Below, one piece after another: positions 11,835 through 24,900 of a DNA stretch of 64,000 nucleotides; within the stretch, counting starts at the first letter, position 1, and each line of letters starts with the position of its first letter. The notes below the pieces were generated by a model. The model had not been told where the DNA came from, did not search any database, and saw nothing but the letters and a program-made list of their open reading frames with translations. The stretch covers positions 225,379 to 289,378 of the forward strand of contig NIVC01000438.1 in NCBI GenBank assembly GCA_002269645.1, in the 5' to 3' direction. The translations under genes were made by a program, and so were the position numbers. This stretch comes from Macrostomum lignano. Lineage: Eukaryota.

Positions 11835-14039
11835 CTGATTTTTTGCAAGAAAAAATAATGAATTTATTTTGTTTTTTTTTCACAAAGTTAAAAGTCATAC
11901 ATTTGCAAATATAATAAAAAACCTAGCTAGATAGTCAAGATATGTGGATGCTAAAGAAAGCTGTGACAACAGGAGACTTTAGTATTAGGTACTGACATCT
12001 TTCAAGTCTATCTGGAATAAACTAACTATTCAAGATGATCTTGTTCTCAGGAGATAGAATTTTTGTTCCAAAATTTCTGCATAAGTGTAATCAAGGACAT
12101 TATTAAACATATTTTGGAATTGCTAGGTCAAAGTCTAGTTAGAATAGAACTCTGCTGGCCTGCTACAAACAATGATCTCAAGAAAGCAACTGGCTTGTAT
12201 AAAGTTTGCTACTCTGCTAAGTCAGAGAACAGAAGTTTTTGGACATTGTGGTCTTAAGCAACTAATTTATGGGATTGAGTTCATATGGATTTTGCTATAG
12301 CCATATCCTTTTTCCCATAGCCTACTTGTATCTATATCCATATTCATAGCTAGTAAACTTTCCATAACTTCCTATAACTTTCTTGCTGTGGTTGAAATGT
12401 GCCATCAGCATCAGGCATTGGGACCTTTCACTATTGGATATTTTAGATACAGGAATACAACAATGTTTTGCAGAGTGCATTTGTGGCACTAAATGCATAT
12501 CAACTTGATTGCCGTTAGAGTGTTCTCTTTCTTCTCTCTTTTATCTGTTCTTTCCTTTCTTCTCTTTTCTCTGCCCCCTTTCTTTCTTTCTGTCTCTTTT
12601 TCTTTTTCTCTTTTTCCCTCTTTCTCCTTACAAATATTCCTTCATAATGTTTAAATTAAGTAACTCAAGAAACAATCTCCACTTCAATTACTAAGATCCT
12701 CCATGAGAGCAATTGCCTGCTTATTGGTTGGTTTCCAAGAAACTTCCTTTGCTAACTAGCCTTATTTTATAGTGGCTATTGCTAGGTGGCTTCTCTATTG
12801 GCTTTGTTAATCTTAATTTAAGGCCCTACTATCCCAATTACAAATTTTCATATGATGTCAAACATGTTGTTAAAGTCCCTAACCCTAGGCTCAGAGACTT
12901 AAGAGCTCCTAGTATATTGAAAATGAAAACATTTATCTTAATTTTAGCCCCTCTCCAATCCCAATATGCATATAGTATCAAACATTTCTGACTTTATTGC
13001 TTGAGTCCCCAATTCTGAGAACTTAAGAACCCCCTTTGCATTGAAAGTGAAAACATTCATCTTAAATTTAACCTATACTATTATAGCTACAATGTGGACC
13101 TGGTATTGAAAATCTTTGTTGCTCAAGTTCAGTCTTAAATTCTAAGGACTTAAGAGTTCCTTTAACTTTAAAACTGCTTTTATCTTTATCCTTATCATAT
13201 CAATAGTTCCAATTTCAATGGTATTTCAAATTTTCAAGTCTTTATTAAGCAATAGTACTATATGTATTTGCTTATATACCTACAAGAGTTTACTATACTC
13301 TGTAGCTATGAGTCTGTCTATGGGAATTCATAGATATGGAGGTTTTTAGATATAGCATATGACAGTTATGGTTATAAAAACATATTTCTTATATCTAGTT
13401 CCCATGCTATTATGTAGGCTATCTTATCTAGTAATGTAAGCCTATTACTCAACTATAAAGATTTGAAAGACCATTGGAATTAGAGCTATTAATTTGATAA
13501 TGGTAAAATGAATGAACATAATAGTTTTAAAGTGAAAAGACCTCTTAATAATTTAGGATTCAAACAACATACTTTCAATAATATGTCTAATCCATATTAC
13601 GGTTTAGATAGAAGAAGCAGAAGTAGCTATCTATCATAGATGTATCTATAGTTGCCATAAGCACCTATTTCACCATATTTGCCATAAGCTCCTATAGCCA
13701 TAGCTTTGGTAGAATACTAATTCATGCTTCATTACATATTTTAAAAACATATTTAAGAAACTAAATAAAATTATTTATATTATTTTTTGTGCATATCATT
13801 TAGAATCCAGACACAAAAACTATAAATGTATAGAGTTTATGGTTTTCATGCAATTTCATCCTCATGCAATATTAACCACAAAAAAGCTAAGATATTCATA
13901 GGACACCTGGGTTAGAAAACATAAATTTAAAAGATTGCAATTCTATAATTGTAAATAAACTAATTTAAATAAAGCAATACTGAACCAAAATGACTTTTGC
14001 TTCTTACTAAAACAGTGTTAAAGCTAATAAATGTCCATT

Positions 14040-14240
14040 TTAGTAATTGCCACTTCAATTTGATAACAAAAAATGACCATTTTGGTAATAAGATAGGCCT
14101 ATATTCTATAAGTTGACAATTGTAAATCTAATTTGTTATCAAACTAGCTATAACCGAAGTGGTTATTACTAAAGTAGTCATTTTTTATTATCAAAGTAGC
14201 AGATACCAAAGTGGCTTTTATCAAAGTGGATTGTATTCCC
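14040..14240. repeat. Imperfect inverted repeat, MITE-like remnant
   Basis: 14059-14091 TTTGATAACAAAAAATGACCATTTTGGTAATAA versus the reverse complement of 14163-14195, TTTGATAATAAAAAATGACTACTTTAGTAATAA. Confidence 0.5.
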
Positions 14241-14969
14241 GAAGCCTAGATTCTATATTGCACTATGCTGCACTAAGCCAAATGCCATTTCCTAGAAAAT
14301 GTGCACATTGTAGCCTGCAGGATCATTTTAATTGAATGGAATTTTGGCCACCTAAACCAAATCAGAATTCATAGGCCTAGGCCTATGCCTAACTTTATTA
14401 CTAACTATGATACAAGTGAGCCAAGGCTGAGCTAATATAATAGTATTTGAATGACAGAGTTTATGAAAATTATGAGTATTTTATAGGCTTATAACTTAGG
14501 GTCTATAACTATGAGCCTGCCTAATTTCCAAAGAGTCCTAAATTTTTATGGCCATAAAGCTGTAAAAAGGAAGTAGTAGTAGTAGCAGCAAGTGTGCATC
14601 AGGCAAAAAAGCCTGTTTGGTCAATATGAGTCAATAGACCTATAGGCTATATTTAGGCTAAAAATTGTTTGGATAGAGTAGGGCCTACATACACACATGA
14701 AATTATGAATGATATGATGGTCTACAAACTGAAACTAGCCAGCTAGGCCTTTTCATATTGCTTGTTGCCTTGTTTCTATAGAAATAGAACCAGATCCCAT
14801 TTGTAAAGTATTACTTTTTGTCTCCAAGTTCAAGACTAGAGGAATATACTATAATTTAATTTATAAAGTGGCAATAATAGGTAATGGCGACGAAGACAGT
14901 GAAAAGTTGTGCAAAGTTAAAGCAGTAAAACATTCAACAAAGTTAAAGAGCTATACTGCTTATTTTTGG

Positions 14970-15130
14970 AAGATCCGATTCGATTCTAGTTCTGGAATCA
15001 GTAATATGAAAAATCTATAGTTAGCTCGTGCCGTAAACGCGCGCGTTATATCGGCGCATTGCACCAATCATCAAAGTCAAATTCTACTCAAAAACAAAAA
15101 CTGCTTGCTTGAACGCGATTACTTAGTATT
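14970..15130. promoter_or_regulatory. Local CpG cluster; candidate (bidirectional) promoter
   Basis: CpG-dense patch containing the palindrome AACGCGCGCGTT (15036-15047) at the edge of a nearly CpG-free 3-kb zone. It lies upstream of both NOC3L (-) and a candidate ATG exon at 15593 (+). Confidence 0.4.
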
Positions 15131-15592
15131 TTTTTAACTAAATACGTAAGTTACATCAAGGTTTCCGAAAAAGATTTCTTTTACTTGACAGACAATACTG
15201 TAGAATAACTAGATTTGTTTTAAACTGCTACTTATAAATATTTAATTTTTTAAATTTCTATGAACATGTCTAAATTAGTTTTTTTTCAACTTGAAGCCTG
15301 AAGGAAAGCTTAAAGCATTCTCATTATTGTTAATTCAATGCTAATTCGATTCTAATTTGGTGGGTTAGCTGGTAGTCGAATTTATACGATTATTCTGCAT
15401 GATTCATTGCTTTTAATTATTTGTGCATCTGTACTCTTAGTTTTTTTTTAATAGGCCAGGAGTAATAGGCAATTCTTATTCTTATAATATAAGTTATAGC
15501 CTATTTCAGTTACAACTACAACTGCACTATTGGTCGGTTTAACTATTTTCGTCTTATTCCACTATATAGAATTATTTTAAACGCTTTAATTA

Positions 15593-15645
15593 ATGGCAGA
15601 TGCTCCCCAGAAGACCATTACTATTCGATATACTCCTGCTCCAAG
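15593..15645 (+). CDS. Candidate first coding exon (MADAPQKTITIRYTPAPR) of the CG-1-like gene
   Basis: ATG, open frame and GTAAAT donor at 15646, ending in phase 2 (AG). This is compatible with the phase-2 acceptor at 33629. Confidence 0.4.
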
Positions 15646-17884
15646 GTAAATATGTTTGTTTTGACTTAAGAATTTAAGTGTCCTGTCTACCTTGTCTCCT
15701 AATATATTATCCTCGCATGTTTTTATTATTATGACATGTTTTTATCATAAATAAATAATTATATAATTCATTAATTTTAGTTTTTAAAATCTAAAATTGA
15801 AGTGCTTTAATTAGCTCTTAATTTTATGGCAAAATCCAAAAATCAAGGGCAAGTTTTATGAAAAATCGTTTTTTGGCAATTTGAAAGCAATAAAGCTATA
15901 AAATAAATTATTTAAGTTTTTAAAAGGTAAAAAAAAGTCTATAAAAGCACAAATTTTTTAGGTATAGCTTTATTTTTAGTAAAATGATTTGTTAAAACAG
16001 TAAGTTTAATTACAACCTAAAATGACTCTAATGAAAATGATAGAAAAGCTATAAAAATGTATTTTATTAACTTTAACTACATTCTACAACATATTTAACA
16101 TTATTTTCAAGGGTTTATTTGTTTATCACTTTCATTACTCTTGACAACGTGTATTTTGTAGAGTTCATTTGCAATAAATTGTATTCAATATAAGTTTATT
16201 ATTTAAACATACAAATTCCCATAAGTATCAGAAAATTGCATTTTATTTAGCTTCTACCAAAGCAATTTGGAAAATTCTTTTTTTCTTGCACACGCCGCAG
16301 TGATATATGTTTTAGTGTAATTTCATTGTTCTTCATCGCTTAATAAGCATTTGATTTGGATGCCAGGTTCACATTTTGTGGACCATTTTTTACCCAAAAT
16401 TTTTAAGCCTAAATATAGGCATATTACAAACACTAATACTATGCAAGTTGATATTTAAATGAAAGAAAACAACTTAAAGATTATTTTGCAACAAGGAATT
16501 AGCAATATATTTGCTTTTAGAGAAAGATGTTTGCTGGCAAACTTTGCACTTTGAATTAGTATGCATTTTTGCGAGTTTATATGGTTTTAGAAAAACTTTG
16601 AAATCCTTAAAAATACTTCATCTTTTTGAATCGAATAAAAAGTAAAACACAGATTACTTTCTGTTTTGTAAGTAATAAAAAAATTAGCCTTCTCTAAGGC
16701 CTACAAGTCTTAAAATTAATTGTTTAATAATGAAAAAAGTGAAACAAAAATTGCGAATCAGTCAACTTGGACTTTTAAAATGCTTTTTTGTGGTTTTTTC
16801 TTATTTATTCAACGATATAAAGCATGAAAACAAAAGTCTTTATCCAGAACTATTTTTTAAAGACCTATCTATCTTTCAAAAACCTTTTTTAGATACATTA
16901 CTTTCCATCGAATGTCTACAGATTTGTTTTAATGTTTTATCCCACATTTTTAGATTTCGCCATATAATAACACCTTCAATTTTTTGACATAATATTCAAA
17001 CAGATTAAAGTATTTTTGGATTGTTTTGATTTGATACAAGGATTTTCTAAGCCATATTCTAGATCAATTTTCAGATATAACAAAAACTTCTACTTTTAAA
17101 GTACTATACCATTTCACAATGGTATAAAAATTCATAAAAAATAATATATTTCTATAAAAAATTAGTGTTCTTCCATAAGGAGGGTTCATGTACTGTAGCC
17201 GTAGCCGTAAGCAAAACTATGGGTTATTCCAATTCTCTATATTCCATAGCGGTAAGAAACCCAATATTACCATATTCCAGTAGTTCCCATATGCTATAGC
17301 AATATGCCTAGTTTTAACAAAAAGTCTAGAAAACAAAATATTCTAAATCAAGAAGATAACCTAGTGCCTAAACAACTGCAAATTACGTTAGAAAATAAAA
17401 GAAACAGTACGTTTTTAAGTTGATAATACAGTTTACTAAAGTATCTTTTATTGCTCTACCTGTTTCTAATATTTTTTCAATATTTTTTAAATTAATAACT
17501 ATGGCTATGGGAATATAGGTATGTGACAGCAATTGCCATATTTATGTAATTGTAGCTGTAAGAGCAGCTAGCTACTGTAGGCATATCCGTAGCTGCCGTA
17601 GGCACCTATTTTACCATATTTGCTGTAGGATCCCATAGCTGTAGCTACGGCTATGGGACATGGGACTTTAGACATGATCCAAACATGTCTAAAACTAAAA
17701 CTAAGATTAATAGCCCTTTATAAAAATTGTAGCTTTAGAATTTTCATTTTTAGTATATAGTACTAGCAATCTTCGCCCCCCGATGGGGGACATCTAAATA
17801 GAATATCTGTTCTCTAAAAGTAACAAAAAGACAGCGAAATAAAGCTTTCACAAAGACAACAGACATTCCATCTGTAAAGAAAAC

Positions 17885-18545
17885 ATCCCCAGACAGCATG
17901 CAAGCATCTCCCAGATAGCATGCAAGCATCTCCCAGATAGCAAGCATCCCCCAAATAGCAAGAATCCCCCAGATAGCAAGCATCCCCAGATAGCATGCAA
18001 GCATCTTCCAGATAGCAAGCATCCCCCAGATAGCAAGCATCCCCAGACAGCATGCAAGCATCTCCCAGATAGCACGAATCCCCCAGATATAGCAAGCATC
18101 CCCAGACAGCACGCAAGCATCTCCCAGATAGCAAGAATCGCCCAGATAGCAAGCATCCCCAGGCAGCATGCAAGCATCCCCAGACAGCATGCAAGCATCC
18201 CCAGACAGCATGCAAGCATCCCCAGACAGCATGCAAGCATCCCCAGACAGCATGCAAGCATCCCCAGACAGCATGCAAGCATCCCCAGACAGCATGCAAC
18301 CATCCCCCAGATAGCAAGCATCCCTGGATACAAAGAATCCTTATAGATAGCTAGCAACCCCCTCTCAGATAGCAAGTACCCTCCACTCCCCAAGAGCAAG
18401 CATCCCCAATAGCAAGTTACCCCAGATAGCAAGCATTCTTCCGATAGCAAGCATCCCTCCCCCCAATAGCAAGCATCACTCAGATACCAAGCATCCCCCT
18501 GATAGCAAGTATCCATCCTTAAATAGCAAGCATCCACCAGACATC
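17885..18545. repeat. 18/21-bp minisatellite (AGATAGCAAGCATCCCCC) inside Helitron unit 1; also about 22090-22680 and 26750-27175
   Basis: Tandem units directly visible in all three Helitron units. Confidence 0.95.
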
Positions 18546-18594
18546 AAGTAGCTAGTGCAATAATTTCCTTAGCTTTATAGTGGCTCCATTTTGT

Positions 18595-21380
18595 TTGGCA
18601 TGACACTTCTTTTTATGTTTGACATGATGGCTCTTCTATGTTTGACATGGACACATGGTGTCTCTTCTATGTTTGACATGGTGGCTCTTCTATGTTTGAC
18701 ATGGTAGCTCTTTAATGTTTGACATGGAGTCACGTATATGTTTGACATAGTGGCTCTTTAATGATTGACATCGTGGTTCTTTAATGTTTGACATGGTGGC
18801 TCTTTAATGTTTGACATGGTGTCTCTGTTATGTTTGACATGGTGGCTCAGTTGTTCGACATGGTGTCTCTTCTATGTTTGACATGGTAGCACTTTAATCT
18901 TCGACATGGTGGCTCTTTTATGTTTGGCATGGTGGCTCTTTAATGTCTGACATGGTGGCTCAATAATGTTCGACATGGTGGCTCTTTTATGTTTGACATG
19001 CTGGCCCTTTAGTGTTTGACATGCCTGCTCTTTAATGTTTGGCATGGTGGATCTTTAATGTTTGACATGGAGTAATGTATATGCTTGACGTGGTGGTTCT
19101 TTTATGGTTGACATGGTAGCTTTTTTATGTTCGACATGGCGGCTCTTTTATGTTTGGCATGGTGGCTCTTTTATGTTCGACATGGTGGCTCAATAATGTT
19201 CGACATGGTGGCTCTTTGATGTTTGACATGGTAGTTCTTTTATGTTTGATTTGGTGGCTCTCTTATGTTTGGCATGGTGGCTCTTTAATGTCTGACATGG
19301 TGGCTCAATAATGTTCGACATGGTGGCTCTTTTATGTTTGACATGCTGGCTCTTTAATGTTTGACATGGTGGCTCTTTAATGTTTGGCATGGTGGCTCTT
19401 TAATGTTTGACATGGTGACTCTTTTATGTTTGACATGGAGTAATGTATATGCTTGACGTGGTGGTTCTTTTATGGTTGACATGGTGGCTCTTTTATGTTC
19501 GACATGGTGGCTCTTTAATGTTTGACATGGTGGCTCTTTCATGTTTGACATGGTGGCTCTTTAATGTTTGACATGGTGGCTCTTTAATATTTGACATGGT
19601 GGCCCTTTTATGTTCGACATGGTGGCTCTTCAATGTTTGACATGGTACCTCTTTTATGTTCGACATAGTGGCTCTTTAATGTTTTACATGGTGGCTCTTT
19701 AATGTTTGACATGGTGACTCTTTTATGTTCTTCATGGTAGATCTTTTATGTTTGACATGGTGGCTCTTTAATGTTCGACATGGTGGCTCTTTACTTTACT
19801 TTTCGAAATGGTGGCTCTGTTTTATGTTTGACATGGTGGCTCTTTAATGTTCGACATAGTGGCTGTTTTATGTTTGATATGATGGCTCTTTAATGTTCGA
19901 CATGGTGGATCTTTAATGTTTTTATTGGTGTCTGTTTTATGTTTGACATGGTGGCTCTTTAATGTTCGACATGGTGGCTCTTTAATGTTTGACATGGTAG
20001 TTCTTTTATGTTTGATATGGTGTCTGTTTTATGTTTGACATGGTGGCTCTTTAATGTTCGACATGGTGGCTCTTTAATGTTTGACATGGTAGTTCTTTTA
20101 TGTTTGATATGGTGGCTCTTTAATGTTTGACATGGTAGTTCTTTTATGTTTGATATGGTGGCTCTTTTATGTTCGACATGGTGGCTCTTTAATGTTCGAC
20201 ATTGTGGCTCTTTAATGTTTGACATGGTGGCTCTTCTATGTTTGACATGGGAGCACTTTAATCTTCGACATGGTGGCTCTTTAAGTTTTGACATTGTGGC
20301 TCTTTAATGTTTGATATGGTGGCTCTTTTATGTTTGACATTGTGGCTCTTTAATGTTTGATATGGTGGTTCTTTTATGGTTGACATGGTGGCTTTTTTAT
20401 GTTTGACATGTTGGCTCTTTTATGTTTGGCATGGTGGCTCTTTTATGTTCGACATGGTGGCTCTTTTATGTTTGACATGGTGGCTCTTTTATGTTCGACA
20501 TGTTGGCTCTTTTATGTTTGGCATGGTGGCTCTTTAATGTCTGACATGGTGGCTCAATAATGTTCGACATGGTGGCTCTTTTATGTTTGACATGCTGGCT
20601 CTTTAGTGTTTGACATGCTGGCTCTTTAATGTTTGACATGGGGGCACTTTTATGTTTGACCTGGTGGCTCTTTAATGTTTTACATGGTGGCTCTTTAATA
20701 TTTGACATGGTGGCCCTTTTATGTTCGACATGGTGGCTCTTCAATGTTTGACATGGTACCTCTTTTATGTTCGACATAGTGGCTCTTTAATGTTTTACAT
20801 GGTGGCTCTTTAATGTTTGACATGGTGACTCTTTTATGTTCTACATGGTAGATCTTTTATGTTCGACATGGTGGCTCTTTAATGTTTGATATGGTGGCTC
20901 TTTAATGTTCGACATGGTGGCTTTTTAATGTTCGACATGGTGGCTCTTTAATGTTCTTAATGGTGTCTGTTTTATGTTTGACATGGTGGCTCTTTAATGT
21001 TTCGACATGGTGGCTCTTTAATGTTCTTAATGGTGTCTGTTTTATGTTTGACATGGTGGCTTTTTAATGTTCGACATGGTGGCTCTTTAATGTTCTTAAT
21101 GGTAACTCTTTTTTGTTGTTCGAAATGGTGGCTCTTTTATGTTTGACATGGTGGCTCTTTAATGTTTTACATGGTGGCTCTTTAATGTTTCGACATGGTG
21201 GCTCTTTAATGTTCGACATGGTGGCTCTTTAATGTTTGATAAGGTGGCTCTTTAATGTTCGACACGGTGGCTCTTTAATGTTCTTAATGGTAACTCTTTT
21301 TTGTTGTCCGAAATGGTGGCTCTTTTATGTTTGACATGGTGGCTCTTGTATGTTTGACATTGCGCTTCTTTTATGTTTAG
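18595..21380. repeat. 23-bp minisatellite (AATGTTYGACATGGTGGCTCTTT) inside Helitron unit 1
   Basis: Tandem units; the reverse strand translates with a 23-aa period. Confidence 0.97.
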
Positions 21381-21422
21381 CAGTTTTTTGTTTTTAAGGT
21401 GTTTTAATAAAAAAATCATTTT

Positions 21423-21487
21423 GCGCTACCAAGATTCGAACCCAGGTCGCTGCATTAGCAGTCCAGTCTGTTCGCATCTAGGCTATC
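21423..21487 (-). ncRNA. tRNA-derived (pseudo-tRNA) Pol III cassette in Helitron unit 1; copies at about 26080-26144 and 29704-29767
   Basis: Minus strand GATAGCCTAGATGCGAACAGACTGGACTGCTAATGCAGCGACCTGGGTTCGAATCTTGGTAGCGC has an A-box-like start, an anticodon-like arm and B-box GGTTCGAATC. A T7 run follows about 10 nt downstream. No acceptor stem. Confidence 0.6.
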
Positions 21488-21962
21488 TTTTTTCAATTGG
21501 AGCACATGAATTGTGGCCCTTATAATTCAATCTTTACAGCAAGTCGGTTAGAGTAAAAATTTATGACATAATCAATTTCTCAGTCAGCCAGTATCAGTCT
21601 TAATTTAAGTTAGCAATATTGTTACGCAATTTTAATCAAGTCTTGTGTGCGTTTCTGTGGCACTGTTTTCACCTTGTTGTGATGCAATCTTTATCACAAT
21701 TGAAATTCAGCCAGTCAGTTTTTTCTTAGCATTCTTACAATGCATTTCAAGTCGAAATTTTTGCTTGACCTTTGCAAAAAAGCATGTTTTTCGAATATTT
21801 AATCCCTTTAAAATTGAGCAATTTCTTAGCCAAGATGCATGTACCGTCCCAGGAAAATTTCTGATCAAATGGTGCAAGTTTAAAGAAAATCGGTTGAGCC
21901 ATTTTTTCCGAAATCTATCGCATACCTACCCACATACAGACAACTCATTTTTAGTATATATA

Positions 21963-24900
21963 CTAGCAATCTTTGCCCCCCGATGGGGGACATCTGGATA
22001 GAATCCTTGTTCTTTACAAATAACAAATAGACAGCGAAATAAAGCCTTCAGAAAAAACAACAGACATTCCCTCTTAAAAACAAAACATCCCAAGACAGCA
22101 AGCATCCTCAGACGGCATTCAAGCATCGATCCCCAAATAGCAAGCATCCCCCAGACTGCAAGCATCCCCCAGATAGCAAGCATCCCCCCATAGCAAGCAA
22201 CCCCAGATAGCATGCATCCTCAGATAGCAAGCATTCCCCCAGACCCCAGATAGCAAGCATCCCCAGATAGCAAGCATCCCCCAGATAGCAAGCATCCCCC
22301 AGATCGCAAGCATCCCCAGATAGCAAGCATTCCCCCAGATCCCAGATAGCAAGCATCCCCCAGATAGCAAGCATCCCCAGATAGCAAGCATTCCCCCAGA
22401 CCCCAGATAGCAAGCATCCCCCAGATAGCAAGCATCCCGCAGATAGCAAGCATCCCTCAGATAGCAAGCATCCCCCCCCCCAGATAGCAAGCATCCCCCA
22501 GATCGCAAGCATCCCCCAGACAGCAAGCAACCCCTGATAGCAAGCATAACCTGGATACAAAGAGACCTTATAGATATCTAGCAACCCCCTCTCAGATAGC
22601 AAGTACTCTCCACCCCCAAGAGCAAGCCTCCCCCTGATAGCAAGTATCCATCCTTAAATAGCAAGCATCCACCAGAGAACAAGTAGCTAGTGCAACAATA
22701 TCCTAGGCTTTATAATGGTTCCATTTTGTTTGGCATGACACTTCTTTTATGTTTGAAATGGTGTCTCTTTTTTGTTTAAAAAAGTGGCTCTTTAATGTTT
22801 GACATGGTAGCTCTTCTATGTTTGACATGGTAGCTCTTTTGTGTTTGACATGATAGCTCTTTAATGTTTGACGTGGTGGCTCTTTTGTGTTTGACATGAT
22901 AGCTCTTTAATGTTTAACATTGTGGCTCTTCTATGTTTGCCATGGTAGCTCTTTAATGTTTGACATGGTGGCTCTTGTATGTTTGCCATGGCGGCCCTTT
23001 TACGTTTGAAATGGTGTCTCTGTTATGTTTGACATGGTGGCTTAGTTGTTTGACATGGTGGCTCTTCTATGTTTGACATGGTGGCTCTTCTATGTTTGAC
23101 ATGGTGGCTCCCTTATGTGTGACATGGTGTCTTTTTTATGTTTAATGTTTGACATGGAGTCATATATGTTTGACATGGAGTCATATATGTTTGACATGGT
23201 GGCTCTTTAATGTTTGACATGGAGTCACGTATATGTTTGACATGGTGGCTCTTTTATGTTTGACATTGAGTCACGTATATGTTTCACATGATGGCTCTTT
23301 TATGTTTGACATGGTAGCTCTTTTATATTTTACATGGTGGCTCTTTTATGTTCGACATGGTGGCTCTTGAATGTTTGACATGGTGGCTCTTTAATGTTCA
23401 ACATGGTGGCTCTTTAATGTTCGACATGGTGGCTCATTTATGTTTAACATGATGGCTCTTTTATGTTTGAAATGTTGTCTCTGTTATGTTCGACATGGTG
23501 GCTCTTGAATGTTTGACATGGTGGCTCTTTAATGTTTGACATGGTGGCTCTTTTATGTTCGACATGGTGGCTCTTTTATGTTCGACATGGTGGCTCTTTT
23601 ATGTTTGACATGGTGGCTCTTAAATGTTTGACATGGTGGCTCTTTTATGTTCGACATAGTGGCTCTTTTATGTTTGACATTAAGTCACGTATATGTTTCA
23701 CATGATGGCTCTTTTATGTTTGACATGATGGCTCTTTTATGTTTGACATGGTAGATCTTTTATATTTTACTTGGTGGCTCTTTAATGTTTGACATGGTGG
23801 CTCTTTAATGTTTGACATGGTGGCTCTTTAATGTTCAACATGGTGGCTCTTTAATGTTCGACATGGTGGCTCTTTTATGTTTAACATGATGGCTCTTTTA
23901 TGTTTGAAATGTTGTCTCTGTTATGTTCGACATGGTGGCTCTTAAATGTTTGACATGGTGGCTCTTTAATGTTTGACATGGTGGCTCTTTTATGTTCGAC
24001 ATGGTGGCTCTTTTATGTTCGACATGGTGGCTCTTTTATGTTTGACATGGTGGCTCTTAAATGTTTGACATGGTGGCTATTTAATGTTCGACATGGTGGC
24101 TCTTTAATGCTCGACATATGGTGTCTCTTTTATGTCTGACATGGTGGCTCTTTAATGTTTACCATGGCGGCCCTTTTACGTTTGAAATGTTGTCTCTGTT
24201 ATGTTTGACATGGTGGCTCTTTAATGTTTGACATGGAGTCACGTATATTTTTGACATGATGGCTCTTTTATGTTCGACATGGTGGCTCTTTTATGTTTGA
24301 CATGGTGGCTCTTAAATGTTTGACATGGTGGCTCTTTAATGTTCGACATGGTGGCTCTTTAATGCTCGACATATGGTGTCTCTTTTATGTTTGACATGGT
24401 GGCTCTTTAATGTTTACCATGGCGGCCCTTTTACGTTTGAAATGTTGTCTCTGTTATGTTTGACATGGTGGCTCTTTAATGTTTGACATGGAGTCACGTA
24501 TATTTTTGACATGATGGCTCTTTTATGTTTGACATGGTGGCTCTTTTATGTCTGATATGGTGGCTCTTTTATGTCTGATATGGTGGCTCTTTTATGTTTG
24601 ACATGGTGGCTCTTAAATGTTTGGCATGGTGGCTCTTTTATATTTGGCATGGTGGCTCTTTTATATTTGGCATGGTGGCTCTTCTATGTTCGACATGGTG
24701 GCCCTTTAATGTTTGACATGGTGGCTCTTTAATTTTTGACATGGTGGCTCTTTAATGTTCGACATGGTGGCTCTTTAATGTTTGACATGGTGGCTCTTGT
24801 ATGTTTGCCATGGCGGCCCTTTTACGTTTGAAATGGTGTCTCTGTTATGTTTGACATGGTGGCTTAGTTGTTTGACATGGTGGCTCTTCTATGTTTGACA

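Larger units (their letters stand above)
17763..21962 (-). mobile_element. Non-autonomous Helitron, unit 1 (4200 bp)
   Basis: Minus-strand 3' end GTCCCCCATCGGGGGGCGAAGATTGCTAG (GC hairpin about 8 nt before CTAG). The 5' end reads TATATATACTAAAAATGAG (TC missing). Contains 18-bp and 23-bp minisatellites and a tRNA-like cassette; no Rep/helicase ORF. Confidence 0.82.

Noticed and set aside
12509-12694. Purine-rich minus-strand stretch as the missing basic NOC3L N-terminal exon
   Set aside because: In-frame stops and no convincing ATG or splice donor.
21423-21487. Functional tRNA-Ser(GCT)
   Set aside because: No acceptor stem, no long variable arm, a mismatched anticodon stem, and loop-adjacent changes in the other copies.
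21645-22001. ORF repeated at 26275 and 29900 as a Helitron protein
   Set aside because: The frame is broken differently in each copy and no known motif is present; treated as non-coding element body.
17750-22602. ORFs such as (MLSGDAC)n, (GDACYL)n and (MSNIKEPPCQTLKSHH...)n
   Set aside because: Translations of the Helitron minisatellites; no Rep or helicase motifs.
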